The notes under the pieces: generated by a model
What the model was told of the DNA's origin: nothing
What the model saw: only the letters and a program-made list of their open reading frames with translations
Database searches by the model: none
Part shown: positions 30,397-39,785 of the stretch, piece by piece
Position numbering within the stretch: the stretch's first letter is position 1
Layout: the number at the start of each line of letters is the position of its first letter
Made by a program: the position numbers and the translations under genes
Assembly (NCBI GenBank): GCA_963830915.1
Contig: CAWHOE010000005.1
Span: 1-64,000 of the forward strand
From: a candidate division FCPU426 bacterium
Lineage (GTDB): Bacteria > Oederibacteriota > Muellerivitia > Muellerivitales > Muellerivitaceae
Reading direction: 5' to 3'
Length of the DNA stretch: 64,000 bases

Positions 30397-31947
30397 TTAT
30401 TGGGTCTTGCCAACTGTCGAGCTGCCTGAATTGCTTTGCTCTTGTTCGGCGTCGAAGGTCAATTTCAATTTTTTTACCTCGTCCGTCTTTTTCACCTGAA
30501 GATCGGCCATGGTATCCAGATTGGTTTTGACCTCCTCCACGGCGGCCTTGACTTTTTCCGTCAGTTCAGCCTTTTTGGATGTGTCCTGGGTTTCGTTCAG
30601 CTCCTGTTGGACCTTTTGCAGGTTTTGTATCTTTTCCGTGTTGTTAGCTTTCAATTGTTCCATTTGGGTCTGCAGGCCGCTCACCTGAGGATCGGTGGTG
30701 ACCATCTTTTGCCACTTAGCCTGCAGGGCGTCCTGGTGGCCTGTAAGATGAAGATCGAAATTAACGCCAGACTGCCCTGTGAAAGTGGCCGCCGAATCAA
30801 AACCATTCTTCGCGCCCCCGCTTAAGTTCTCGCCTTGACCCGTGGTCTTCGTCTCGGGGGCGTTATATAACCAGCCCTGGAGTGTTGATTTCATGTTGCT
30901 GTAGGCCTGTTCGAAAGCGTTTGATCTTCGCGCCGGACCACTGGCGGGCGGGGGGGGCACTGGGCCGATGTTGCCGTCGGCCGCCGACTTTTGGTCGATA
31001 TCCCCGGTCAGCGCCAAAACGGAATCGGTGAAGTTTTTGAGGCTTGTTTCGTCACCTGGGGATTTGTCCAGGGCTTCCTGAAAGGTCCCCATCGCCTCTT
31101 TCCATTGCTTTGCCAGAAGTAATTGTGTTCCTTGATCGTTCAAGGCCATGGTCTTCGCTTGCGCCTGGGTTTCTTCCGGGGATTTCGAATTGGAAGTTTG
31201 ATGATGGGCATGCCGGGGCTTTGAGGTTTCCGTTTCATCGTCATCCTTCAAACCGCTATTGAAGCTCCCGTTATTCCCGCTTTCGTCGTCGTCCTTGAGG
31301 CCAGAATTACCGGAAGAATCGTCATCTTTGAGTCCGTAATGTTCGTCGCCCCCGATGCCCTTCATTTCTCTTAAAGTGTCCGATTTCATGTCATTGAAAT
31401 TCTTCTTGGCCCGTGCCTGCCTTAAGGCCTCATGGATCGATGAGTTGTTGGGGTCTGTCTTCAATGCCTGTTCGTAATAATTGATGGCCTGGTCCCATTC
31501 CCCTTTGTTGTAATACAAGTCGCCTTTCTGCTTCAGTTGCAGGGCCCAAGTCCTCTGTTGCTGGGCCTGGATCTCCGCCTGCGAGGGACCTGAATATCCC
31601 CCTCCGTAGTTGGAATAACCCTGGCTCCCACCTCCCGTATTGGCGGCGCAACGCGGCGGACAGGAATCCGGAACCTGCGCGTACAAACGCGGAACGAAGT
31701 TGGTTTCTCCCGAGGGAAAGAGCGTGTCTTTAAAAGGTGTAGAGAACTGACCTGGAGGTGTTCGCAGGTCAACCACGTCGGGGCCGGGATTCGGGGGAAT
31801 GTTTTGGGCGTTTCCCATCCCCACCGCGAAGATCTGATAGGACGCGCTCATCAGCAGGGCCTTACCCGCCGGGCCCGCCCATCGCCCCAGGGCGCCGCCC
31901 TGGGCGGAGGCTTTTTTACCCTTCTTATTACCTTTTTTGTGTTTCAT
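30397..31947 (-). CDS. TPR and coiled-coil protein with unusual N-terminal leader
   Basis: Two TPR-like motifs; Lys-rich start; CPPRC; Gly/Ser/Tyr tract; GLKDDD x3. Confidence 0.8.
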   Translation of the reverse strand: MKHKKGNKKGKKASAQGGALGRWAGPAGKALLMSASYQIFAVGMGNAQNIPPNPGPDVVDLRTPPGQFSTPFKDTLFPSGETNFVPRLYAQVPDSCPPRCAANTGGGSQGYSNYGGGYSGPSQAEIQAQQQRTWALQLKQKGDLYYNKGEWDQAINYYEQALKTDPNNSSIHEALRQARAKKNFNDMKSDTLREMKGIGGDEHYGLKDDDSSGNSGLKDDDESGNNGSFNSGLKDDDETETSKPRHAHHQTSNSKSPEETQAQAKTMALNDQGTQLLLAKQWKEAMGTFQEALDKSPGDETSLKNFTDSVLALTGDIDQKSAADGNIGPVPPPPASGPARRSNAFEQAYSNMKSTLQGWLYNAPETKTTGQGENLSGGAKNGFDSAATFTGQSGVNFDLHLTGHQDALQAKWQKMVTTDPQVSGLQTQMEQLKANNTEKIQNLQKVQQELNETQDTSKKAELTEKVKAAVEEVKTNLDTMADLQVKKTDEVKKLKLTFDAEQEQSNSGSSTVGKTQ

Positions 31948-31965
31948 ACCCCGTTCCTTTCACCT

Positions 31966-33429
31966 TCATATACATTTACCCGCCGGCACCCTCTCCTGGG
32001 TGTCGCCGGACGTGGATTCATCCGCTTTTTGCCAAAGCAGTTCCCCTAGGACATTCCGGGTATAGTCGCACCGCATCTTCTTGATGTAATCCCGCACCCT
32101 TGGACTGGTCTCGGGATTTTCCAGGCTGGTCAACCGTCCCAGGGGACAGCCCCCGCCACAAAGGGTACGCCAGTTGCAATCCTTGCAGTCCTCCATGCGG
32201 TCTACCCGCAATTCACCGTACAGACGGTCGATCACGGGCTGGCGGGGATAGCTCCCATCCAACATATTGCCCATGTGGTACCGAGCTATACCCACCAGGT
32301 ATATGCAGGGGTAGACATCCCCTTTCGCGTCGACGGCGGGGGCGCTGCCGGTCGCCGCGCCGCAGCCCACCGCGCAGGCGCAACCAGGCTTGAACCGGTC
32401 CGAATACTGGTTAAAGGGAAAAAGTTCCCCGGGTTTCCACAGCTTGCTTTGATAAACTTCCGCGATCCTTTGAATGACCTTTTCCGGATCGGGCAGCATC
32501 TCCTCCGGCAGGATGTTCTCATCCGAATTGATGGGGATGACCGGCACGAAACCGCTGGAACTTCCCCCGATCTCCTTGTGATGGGCGCTGACCTCGGCCA
32601 GATGGTCTTGATTCAGCGCGGTGACCGTCGCCCGCAGGTCGACCTTCAACCCGGCCTCGGCCAATCGGCGGATGTTCCGGGTGACGGCTCCGTGGGATCC
32701 GCCGCCGCTTTTCAGGGGTCGGCAACGGTCATGGATCTCGGGGGGGCCGTCCACATCGCACAGGAATGAGATCTCGTACTTCTTCGCCCAGTCAATGAGG
32801 TCGTCAGGCAGAAAAGATAAATTGGTGGTGAGATGGTACTTTCTCATCTTGTCCCGATGATCCTCGCCCAGACGCTTCTCACAATGGAGAATGACCTCCT
32901 GGGCAAGAGGCCAATTCAAAAGAGGTTCCCCGCCAAAAAATACGATCTCGAGTAAACCAGCGGGGCTCAGTTCTTCCAGACACCGGTCTACGGTGCGGAT
33001 CGCCACCTCCCGGCTCATCTTTATGTTTTTATCTCTTTGGTAGGTTCGGTGACCATCTAGGCAGTAGAAACATCCCATGTTGCAGGATTGGGACAGAAGC
33101 AGATAGAGCGTCATTTGAGGTCGAGGGGCAGTAGTGGGCGCGGACGACCATTCCATCGCGGGTTGGGTTCGGGCTTCCATTGTCGGGTCCACAACGATCC
33201 AATGGTCCGAAAGGACTTGAAGTAAATTCACTTCGCGGGGATAGGTCTTCAAGACGCGCTCGCGGCTCCCCAATTCCCTAACCGCGCTTAAAAAACCTTG
33301 GATGTAACTTCGGCCTTCCCGGATATATAGCGGCTTTCGAATATTGGCGTGGGTCAAAAGCAATTCGTCCTGTCCACGCTCCAGAAAGAGCACCTCATCG
33401 GGAATCTTGAGAAAGGAACGTTCATTCAT
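31966..33429 (-). CDS. Radical SAM protein with SPASM domain
   Basis: CNMGCFYC (CxxxCxxC), FFGGEPLL, GDVYPC and CKDCNWRTLCGGGCP. Confidence 0.95.
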   Translation of the reverse strand: MNERSFLKIPDEVLFLERGQDELLLTHANIRKPLYIREGRSYIQGFLSAVRELGSRERVLKTYPREVNLLQVLSDHWIVVDPTMEARTQPAMEWSSAPTTAPRPQMTLYLLLSQSCNMGCFYCLDGHRTYQRDKNIKMSREVAIRTVDRCLEELSPAGLLEIVFFGGEPLLNWPLAQEVILHCEKRLGEDHRDKMRKYHLTTNLSFLPDDLIDWAKKYEISFLCDVDGPPEIHDRCRPLKSGGGSHGAVTRNIRRLAEAGLKVDLRATVTALNQDHLAEVSAHHKEIGGSSSGFVPVIPINSDENILPEEMLPDPEKVIQRIAEVYQSKLWKPGELFPFNQYSDRFKPGCACAVGCGAATGSAPAVDAKGDVYPCIYLVGIARYHMGNMLDGSYPRQPVIDRLYGELRVDRMEDCKDCNWRTLCGGGCPLGRLTSLENPETSPRVRDYIKKMRCDYTRNVLGELLWQKADESTSGDTQERVPAGKCI

Positions 33430-33833
33430 GGGAAAGAGGCCCGGGAGAGATTAACCCTTTGGTTAAACGACAAAACCTTAATGTGGCATGAAACGTCCTG
33501 ATTCGGCAGGGCCAAGAATCTAAAAGGTCTTCAATTGAATGATTTTGGAGTTGATGGAAAAAAGAAAGAATCACATAAGAATTAAAATTCGAGAAGGCTA
33601 TCGGCATAAGGGAACAACTTTCTCATCCATCCGGATGGAAGAATTGCTCCCCGATTTTTTTATATAGTCGGCATATCCAAGAATTTCACCTGCTTAAATA
33701 TTATGATACTCACCCATTTAGGTGAGCAATGTTAAATTTGCTTATCTTCTTTTCGTCAAGGCAAGCGGACGATAAACGAAAAAACAATCTTAAGAAAACG
33801 CTTATTTAGATGGTCCATATTTGTTCTTAATTT

Positions 33834-34241
33834 CTAGAAGAACAATTTTTTCTCATCGAGCTTTTCGAATATTTGGATGTCGTTCGTTAAATAATCCAAG
33901 AATACGCCGAAGGTACTTTTCGCGTATTCGCCGAACCAAAAGGCCTCGAATCGCAATGAGACATTGCCCTCATCCATGGCGTGATAGACTTTCGTTATAT
34001 TAAGTTTTTCGTTCGCTAAATTAATGAACGCATCCATCGGCTGGGTTGGCTTCTTGTCGGTCATGATGTTGATTTGATAAATGACCACTTCTTTGTTTAT
34101 TTCCCAAAACGCAACGCTCCATTTTTTGGGATTCTTCGCGATATATAATTGAGGGCCTTTCTCGGTCTTTTTTTCTAGCTTGGTGATGGCGTAACCAAGA
34201 AATTCCAAATGGTTGACCATTTCATTTATTTTGTTGGCCAT
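33834..34241 (-). CDS. Hypothetical protein (YbjN-like?)
   Basis: Clean ORF with GGAGG RBS; the fold guess is weak. Confidence 0.65.
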   Translation of the reverse strand: MANKINEMVNHLEFLGYAITKLEKKTEKGPQLYIAKNPKKWSVAFWEINKEVVIYQINIMTDKKPTQPMDAFINLANEKLNITKVYHAMDEGNVSLRFEAFWFGEYAKSTFGVFLDYLTNDIQIFEKLDEKKLFF

Positions 34242-34414
34242 GGAATATTACCTCCTGATATAGAAAACTGATTTGATCGATTTTATCACCGCTAAAATAA
34301 TTTGCTCGTATTTTTTAGGGATGATTAATCCAAGCCTATTTATTTTTAAGAACTTATTTTCTAGCGGCGATTTAGTCTTGAGCCCAATGCGTTCTTAACG
34401 TTCTCTCCTATTTC

Positions 34415-34443
34415 ACCTCGGTCACTTTGACGATTCCCCCATT
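34415..34443. repeat. 29-bp direct repeat of the ParB-fusion gene 3' end
   Basis: ACCTCGGTCACTTTGACGATTCCCCCATT is identical to 35386-35414. Confidence 0.9.
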
Positions 34444-34465
34444 AATAGCTAACAGATAACAAACA

Positions 34466-34570
34466 ACAGTCGACAGCCGACAGACGGCAGCCACAAATAA
34501 CAGCCGATAGACGTCAGCTGACAGTCGACAGCCCGCCTACGCTAAAGCTACGGCGGGCAGGCCGACAGAT
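34466..34570. repeat. Short CAG(T/C)CGA tandem units with an inserted REP-like hairpin
   Basis: CAGTCGACAGCCGACAG units interrupted by CCCGCCTACGCTAAAGCTACGGCGGG. Confidence 0.6.
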
Positions 34571-34605
34571 GGCAAAAGGCAGGGGACAGAACTACAAACG
34601 GAAGA

Positions 34606-35007
34606 TTATTTCAAGAACTCATCTAGTGAGGTTGTAAATTGAGGGATCGCCTTGCGGAACGCCTTATCCTGAGTGACACAAACAGTCCGGAGGTTCTTGG
34701 CCAACAACGCGAACAAAGCGTCATAACCCCCGAGGTCATGTTTCAAGGCTAGATCCAGCGCCTGGGCCCCTTCCACCGATTCTTCTCGTAGATGGGGCAG
34801 ATGGTACGAAGCCTCCCAGACAGCCCGGACGGCCTCGGCAGGCATTTTCTGGTACTTGGCGTAATTCATCAAAACGTTCAGGAATTCAACGCGCCAAAAA
34901 GAGGGCGCCGCCCATTCAGGGTCGCGTTCCAAGAGTTGGCGTACCCTGGCGGTTTGCTCGCCCTTGATGAGTAGATAAACGATGATGTTGGTATCAACGA
35001 CGATCAA
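34606..35007 (-). CDS. PIN-domain (VapC/FitB-like) toxin
   Basis: IVVDTNII, EFLNVL, YDALF and VTQD. Confidence 0.9.
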   Translation of the reverse strand: MIVVDTNIIVYLLIKGEQTARVRQLLERDPEWAAPSFWRVEFLNVLMNYAKYQKMPAEAVRAVWEASYHLPHLREESVEGAQALDLALKHDLGGYDALFALLAKNLRTVCVTQDKAFRKAIPQFTTSLDEFLK

Positions 35008-35234
35008 GCCATCCCCTTGCGTTTCCATTGATGGATCAGCTTGTCCGTCAGGGGCTTTTTGCCTTCATAAGGCGCGGGCAGTTCCCGGGCCGCGGAAAGG
35101 GCCGGGCTATGGTTCAATCCGGCCTCCAAAAGATAGACCGCTTCGCCGTTCATGGACCGATGGGCCTTTTGCGCCTCTTCCTTCAAACGCCGGTGAAGGT
35201 CATCTGGCAGGTTTTTGATCACCAAAGTCGCCAT
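35004..35234 (-). CDS. Arc/FitA-like RHH antitoxin
   Basis: MATLVIKNLPDDLHRRLKEEA...RSMNGE; upstream operator GTGCTACCA...TGGTAGCAC at 35254-35285. Confidence 0.9.
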   Translation of the reverse strand: MATLVIKNLPDDLHRRLKEEAQKAHRSMNGEAVYLLEAGLNHSPALSAARELPAPYEGKKPLTDKLIHQWKRKGMA

Positions 35235-35363
35235 ATCCGTCTCCTTCTGAGAAGTGCTACCATTATGGAAGCATATTGGTAGCACTTTGTCAATGGTCCC
35301 AGCTACGGAATGATTTCCCGATAAAATTTATTGACCCTGGTCATTCATTCAAATCTCAAATTT

Positions 35364-37520
35364 CTAATGTTCCATTGCTCCGTTTACCTCGGTCACTTTG
35401 ACGATTCCCCCATTCGCGGAGGGGCGGTCATCAAAATCAATGATCAGGCCGACCGGTCTTTCGGAAATGAACTGTTTCTTATCGTTTTTTTCGCTTATGG
35501 TCGTCGCGACCCCTTCCACCAAATACTCACCCGATTCCTTATCCACCTTCAAGACTTTCGCGGGCTTGGAGGGCTGAAAGTACAGGGTCAGTTTTTGAGA
35601 CCGTATCTCCCTTAACTTTTCCTTTGGATAGAATTCCTTGAAAAAGGCGTCGGTGTAATGGTCGTTCGTAAAGTCATCCAGGTATTTCAACTGGGTGGAG
35701 GGGGTGTCATAGGAAACCCCGTAGAAGTTCACGGCGAAAGCCATGGCGATGCCCGCGTCATTGGCGACCCTTCCCTTCAGCTCTTCGGGGACCTGGACAC
35801 CAATACCCTGTTCAGGTATTGGTGCACTCAAGTCGTGTGCCTCGGTTTGAGACCTCGGCACAGAGGCCAATATCCCAGAGGCATCATCGGAAGAAGGTTT
35901 CGGAGCAGCGGTTTCGACTCCCTTTGGTCGCTCACCGTTCGCCATGACTGGCTCATGTACATATCCAATCCAATACCCTTGGAAGTGATAGGCCACAACC
36001 AAGAGGGCCGCGAGGAGAACCATTCCAAAAAAACCGGGTTGGAAGAGCTTGGAGACCAACCAAAGCAACCCCACCCCCAGGACCACGGCCAGCCAGGGCG
36101 TATGCAGGGCTTGGAACAGCACCCAAAGGGGCATCTGAACCAGCAAGAGGTGGAACAGGGTCCCGGACCAGGGTTTTAGGGGCGGGATCAATACCCCTAC
36201 CGCCCCCAACGTCACTATGTAGAAAACAGCCAGCAGGATTAAGTAGATACCCCAGTGGACGGTGAACCCGATGGGGTTCCTCGCCAGTGGCCCTAAACTC
36301 TGCGAGTTGTGAGAACTGGAATGGGAAGAGTGGGTTGAGATGGGCACCACCTGGTTCGCCAGGAACTTACAGTAATGGTGGCCATGCTTTAAGTAGGAAT
36401 GCCAAAGGAACTTGGCCACCCCCTTTGCGAACTGAACCAGGACGCCAAGGAATACCAGAACTGCTCCCTCCGCGCCTTTCATTGCCGTCCCTTGGCTTGG
36501 GGAGTTAGACGAAGCCGCCTGAGGTTGAACCCCACTTGAAGGCTTCCCATCCCCTCCATCTTCCGTGGCAGCATTTTGACCAGAATTCAGCGCGGTTAAG
36601 GCTTCCTTCCCCTTTTGAGCAATGAGGTCATGAATCCTAAGAGGTTTATGGGGAGCCTGATCTTGGCCCTGGTTATGCGGCTGTTCTACAGGGGTAGTCT
36701 TTGCCTTTGGGTTGTAATCCTCCGGCTGGTTCCCCCCGCCAATTCTTTGTTCCTGTGGAATTGGCGCAATCAAACCAAGCCCCTCGGTTTGTGACCTCGG
36801 GGCAGATGCTTTTCCTTTTTGTGGTTTGTCCGTAGGCACAAACTGAGCTGGGTCACCCCCCAATTGAATATGGGCGACCAGCCCCTTCACCTGGGCCTCG
36901 GTCATTTGTTTTTCCAGGACGACTTGAAGGGCTTTCTCTACAGCTTCCTGATCATTCAAATTGGCTAATTGGCACGTGGACCGCTCATTAAATTGCCACG
37001 TTCCTTCGGGTTTCTTGGCAATGCCAAGAATTAACTCCCTCGAAGTTTGGTTTAAAAGGGGCATTAGCTTCAAAGCTCGGCTAACTTGCCCCTCATCGGT
37101 TTCAAATACATTAGCGATTGTTAGATTGTGGATATCCCGGTCGATAGCCTTCAAGTCCTCCATGGCCAGGAAGGTCTCGAACCAGGTCGGTTCAAAGCCA
37201 ATATTGTCCTGGATAGCTTCTTTTAGGGCTTCCTGGGCGCTGATGGGCCTCACCAGGGCGTCAATCTCCGTCAGCCCGGCCTTGAGGGCCCCCCGGTAGC
37301 GGATCTCCCCACCCACAATCTCATACCGGATTTCCTTATCCGGCTCCTGGGCCAATTCCTCGGGGGTGAGGGGCCTGACCTTGATGGGGGTTGCCTGACC
37401 GGTGGCGGACATGCTGGCCGCCCGGGCCTCGACCATGTCTTCCCGGATGATCCGGCGGGGGTTGCGGGGGTTGGGACGGATCTGCTTGAGGGGGATACGG
37501 ACTAACTCGGCTACTGGCAT
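35364..37520 (-). CDS. ParB N-terminal domain protein with multiple TM helices and a C-terminal soluble domain
   Basis: IRPNPRNPRR, PIKVRP and YEIVGGEIRYRGA (ParB box); several hydrophobic helices; GGAGG RBS. Confidence 0.85.
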   Translation of the reverse strand: MPVAELVRIPLKQIRPNPRNPRRIIREDMVEARAASMSATGQATPIKVRPLTPEELAQEPDKEIRYEIVGGEIRYRGALKAGLTEIDALVRPISAQEALKEAIQDNIGFEPTWFETFLAMEDLKAIDRDIHNLTIANVFETDEGQVSRALKLMPLLNQTSRELILGIAKKPEGTWQFNERSTCQLANLNDQEAVEKALQVVLEKQMTEAQVKGLVAHIQLGGDPAQFVPTDKPQKGKASAPRSQTEGLGLIAPIPQEQRIGGGNQPEDYNPKAKTTPVEQPHNQGQDQAPHKPLRIHDLIAQKGKEALTALNSGQNAATEDGGDGKPSSGVQPQAASSNSPSQGTAMKGAEGAVLVFLGVLVQFAKGVAKFLWHSYLKHGHHYCKFLANQVVPISTHSSHSSSHNSQSLGPLARNPIGFTVHWGIYLILLAVFYIVTLGAVGVLIPPLKPWSGTLFHLLLVQMPLWVLFQALHTPWLAVVLGVGLLWLVSKLFQPGFFGMVLLAALLVVAYHFQGYWIGYVHEPVMANGERPKGVETAAPKPSSDDASGILASVPRSQTEAHDLSAPIPEQGIGVQVPEELKGRVANDAGIAMAFAVNFYGVSYDTPSTQLKYLDDFTNDHYTDAFFKEFYPKEKLREIRSQKLTLYFQPSKPAKVLKVDKESGEYLVEGVATTISEKNDKKQFISERPVGLIIDFDDRPSANGGIVKVTEVNGAMEH

Positions 37521-37882
37521 AAGGACCTCCGATAGTAATGTTTTAATACGGCTTATTTGATTTGAGGTCACAAATTGCGACCTCAAACTTAAAATCGCCC
37601 CGAAGGAGAGCTCTTCGAGCACCCTTCAGGGCACAGCAATATGCGACCGGATCACAACTTGAAGTCGCAAAACGCGACTTCAAGAACTACCGGTCAAAAG
37701 ATCAATAAAATAGATAATTTATGCAAACGATTTTAGCCAAGCGGAAAATGGGGGGGATTTGGGAAAACAGATTAACTTGGGAATTTGACCGTTAAATGTC
37801 TGGAGGGTTTTCTAATCCGGTCACAGATTGTGACCGCATCGAGAATTTAAACCACGTCGGCCAAATTACTTTTTTCAATAAT

Positions 37883-38650
37883 TCAGATAGCCCATCTCAA
37901 AAACCAGGGCCCTTGTATTTTCCTTTTTCGTTCTTTTCTTAATTTTAAATAAAGTAAAAGGGATAAAATGGTGAGCCCCGCGTAAAAAATGTGGTCAAAA
38001 CAAGGATAAACGGTCTCTAAAATGTCCATCCCATTTAATAACACAGCTGGGATCGCGAGGAATATTCCCAAGACAAGACTCACAAATAACCCAGTTACAA
38101 ATAATCCCGCATAAGCCGTTAAGATCAACCCTCGTTTTCCCGAGGTCAAATTATGGCATCTTGTAAGGGCGTCGACTTTGGCATTGCCCTCAAAACATAC
38201 AATTGGGCCGATCAAAAAATAGGTGATCGAAAGATATATTCCCGGAACGATCAAAAAAAGCAACCCGAGCAAAATAATAAAACCCGCCTTGAAATATTTC
38301 ACCCACACAGCGGCCCATTTGCTTAATCCGAAACGATAGGATTCCCCGATCGATGGAAAGGTTTTGGATTTTAAATACCGCGCGACCCCGTAAATGACCG
38401 TGGGCATCACCAAAGGAAGGAATAATGCGTTTGCGGAAATATCAAAATTCAATCTTTCGTAAAAATTCCCATGTGGAATCAAAAGATATTTCAGCGCGGC
38501 GATTGGCACAACAAAGAAGAAATAAACTTTCGCGATGAACCAAAAACATTTCAAATAGACTTTTATGGATAAAGTAATGAGTTCCCAAGCGGTATCGAAT
38601 TTTGGCGTTGGGATGTTGAGATTCAGATCGTTCTTATTCCCTTTTGGCAT
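37883..38650 (-). CDS. Hypothetical integral membrane protein
   Basis: Multiple TM segments; LLFLIVPGIYL motif. Confidence 0.75.
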   Translation of the reverse strand: MPKGNKNDLNLNIPTPKFDTAWELITLSIKVYLKCFWFIAKVYFFFVVPIAALKYLLIPHGNFYERLNFDISANALFLPLVMPTVIYGVARYLKSKTFPSIGESYRFGLSKWAAVWVKYFKAGFIILLGLLFLIVPGIYLSITYFLIGPIVCFEGNAKVDALTRCHNLTSGKRGLILTAYAGLFVTGLFVSLVLGIFLAIPAVLLNGMDILETVYPCFDHIFYAGLTILSLLLYLKLRKERKRKIQGPWFLRWAI

Positions 38651-38809
38651 ATATACACCACCTCTATTTCATATAGGTATGAAAAACCAAAGGTGAGCCG
38701 TCCTGACTCCACCAAACCCTCATATACATCATTTCACTATAATACTCTGATTTGGTTCTGGTTAAGGACAAAGTCTATTGTAATAAAGGGTCAGACTGGG
38801 TTTCCCTCT

Positions 38810-39754
38810 TTATGGCTCGAATTTCTGGACGCGGTGGTTGCCTGGATCGGTGACGTAAACATTCCCCAAGCCATCCAACGCCAAGCCGCAGGGGCCTTCG
38901 AATTGGCCCTTGCCGGAGCCTTCACTGCCCCAAGCGGTCAAGAACTTCCCCCGGGGATCCAATTTTTCGACTCGGTTGTTCCCCATGTCCGCCACATAGA
39001 TATTGCCCAAGGCGTCCAACGCCAGCCCCCAAGGGAGATGGAACTGGCCTTCGCCTTTGCCGTCAGTGCCGATCTCCCCTAGGTAATGGGTATCGGGACC
39101 GAATTTGGAAATCCAGACGTCATCAGCGTAAATGTCGCCCCTGCCGTCCACCGCCAGGCTTTTGATGTCGGTAAAGTTGTATTGGGTGTTGCCGTTCATG
39201 CTCGCGAAAGTTCCCCATAAGGTGAGGAATTTCCCGTTGGGAGTGAATTTTTGGATGCGGCCATCCACCACATACACGTTCCCGGCCTTGTCCAGCGCGA
39301 CACTTTTGGGCTCCACATCGTAATAGCCCAAATCGCCCATGCTATTCCCGCGTTTTCCCCAAGCCGAAACAAAGTTCCCCTGGCCATCGAACTTCTGGAT
39401 ACGGCAATTTCCCGCGTCCACCACATAAAGGATTCCGGCCCTGTCCACCGCCAAACCAGCCGGCCGCTGGAATTGGCCCTCGCCCTCCCCCCGGCTTCCC
39501 CACTTCAGGAGGTATTTCCCTTTGGGACTGAACTTCTGGATTCGGTCGTTCCCTGTGTCCGAAACATAAACATTTCCAGCCCCGTCGACCGCTATTCCTG
39601 TCGGGGAATTGAACTGCCCATCCCCCGTTCCATTACTTCCCCACTGTGCGGCCCACTTGTAGCCCTCGGCGCAGGCCGGAAACCCCTGACCCAGAAGGGC
39701 CATGATCCCCAGCCATAGAGAAGCGATTGTTAGGAATTTCACCATTATTTCCAC
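38810..39754 (-). CDS. Secreted NHL-repeat beta-propeller
   Basis: Repeated GQFxxPxGxAVDxxGNVYVxDxGNxRIQKF. Confidence 0.9.
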   Translation of the reverse strand: MEIMVKFLTIASLWLGIMALLGQGFPACAEGYKWAAQWGSNGTGDGQFNSPTGIAVDGAGNVYVSDTGNDRIQKFSPKGKYLLKWGSRGEGEGQFQRPAGLAVDRAGILYVVDAGNCRIQKFDGQGNFVSAWGKRGNSMGDLGYYDVEPKSVALDKAGNVYVVDGRIQKFTPNGKFLTLWGTFASMNGNTQYNFTDIKSLAVDGRGDIYADDVWISKFGPDTHYLGEIGTDGKGEGQFHLPWGLALDALGNIYVADMGNNRVEKLDPRGKFLTAWGSEGSGKGQFEGPCGLALDGLGNVYVTDPGNHRVQKFEP

Positions 39755-39785
39755 TCCACCTCAGGGCAAGCCGACATGTACATGG

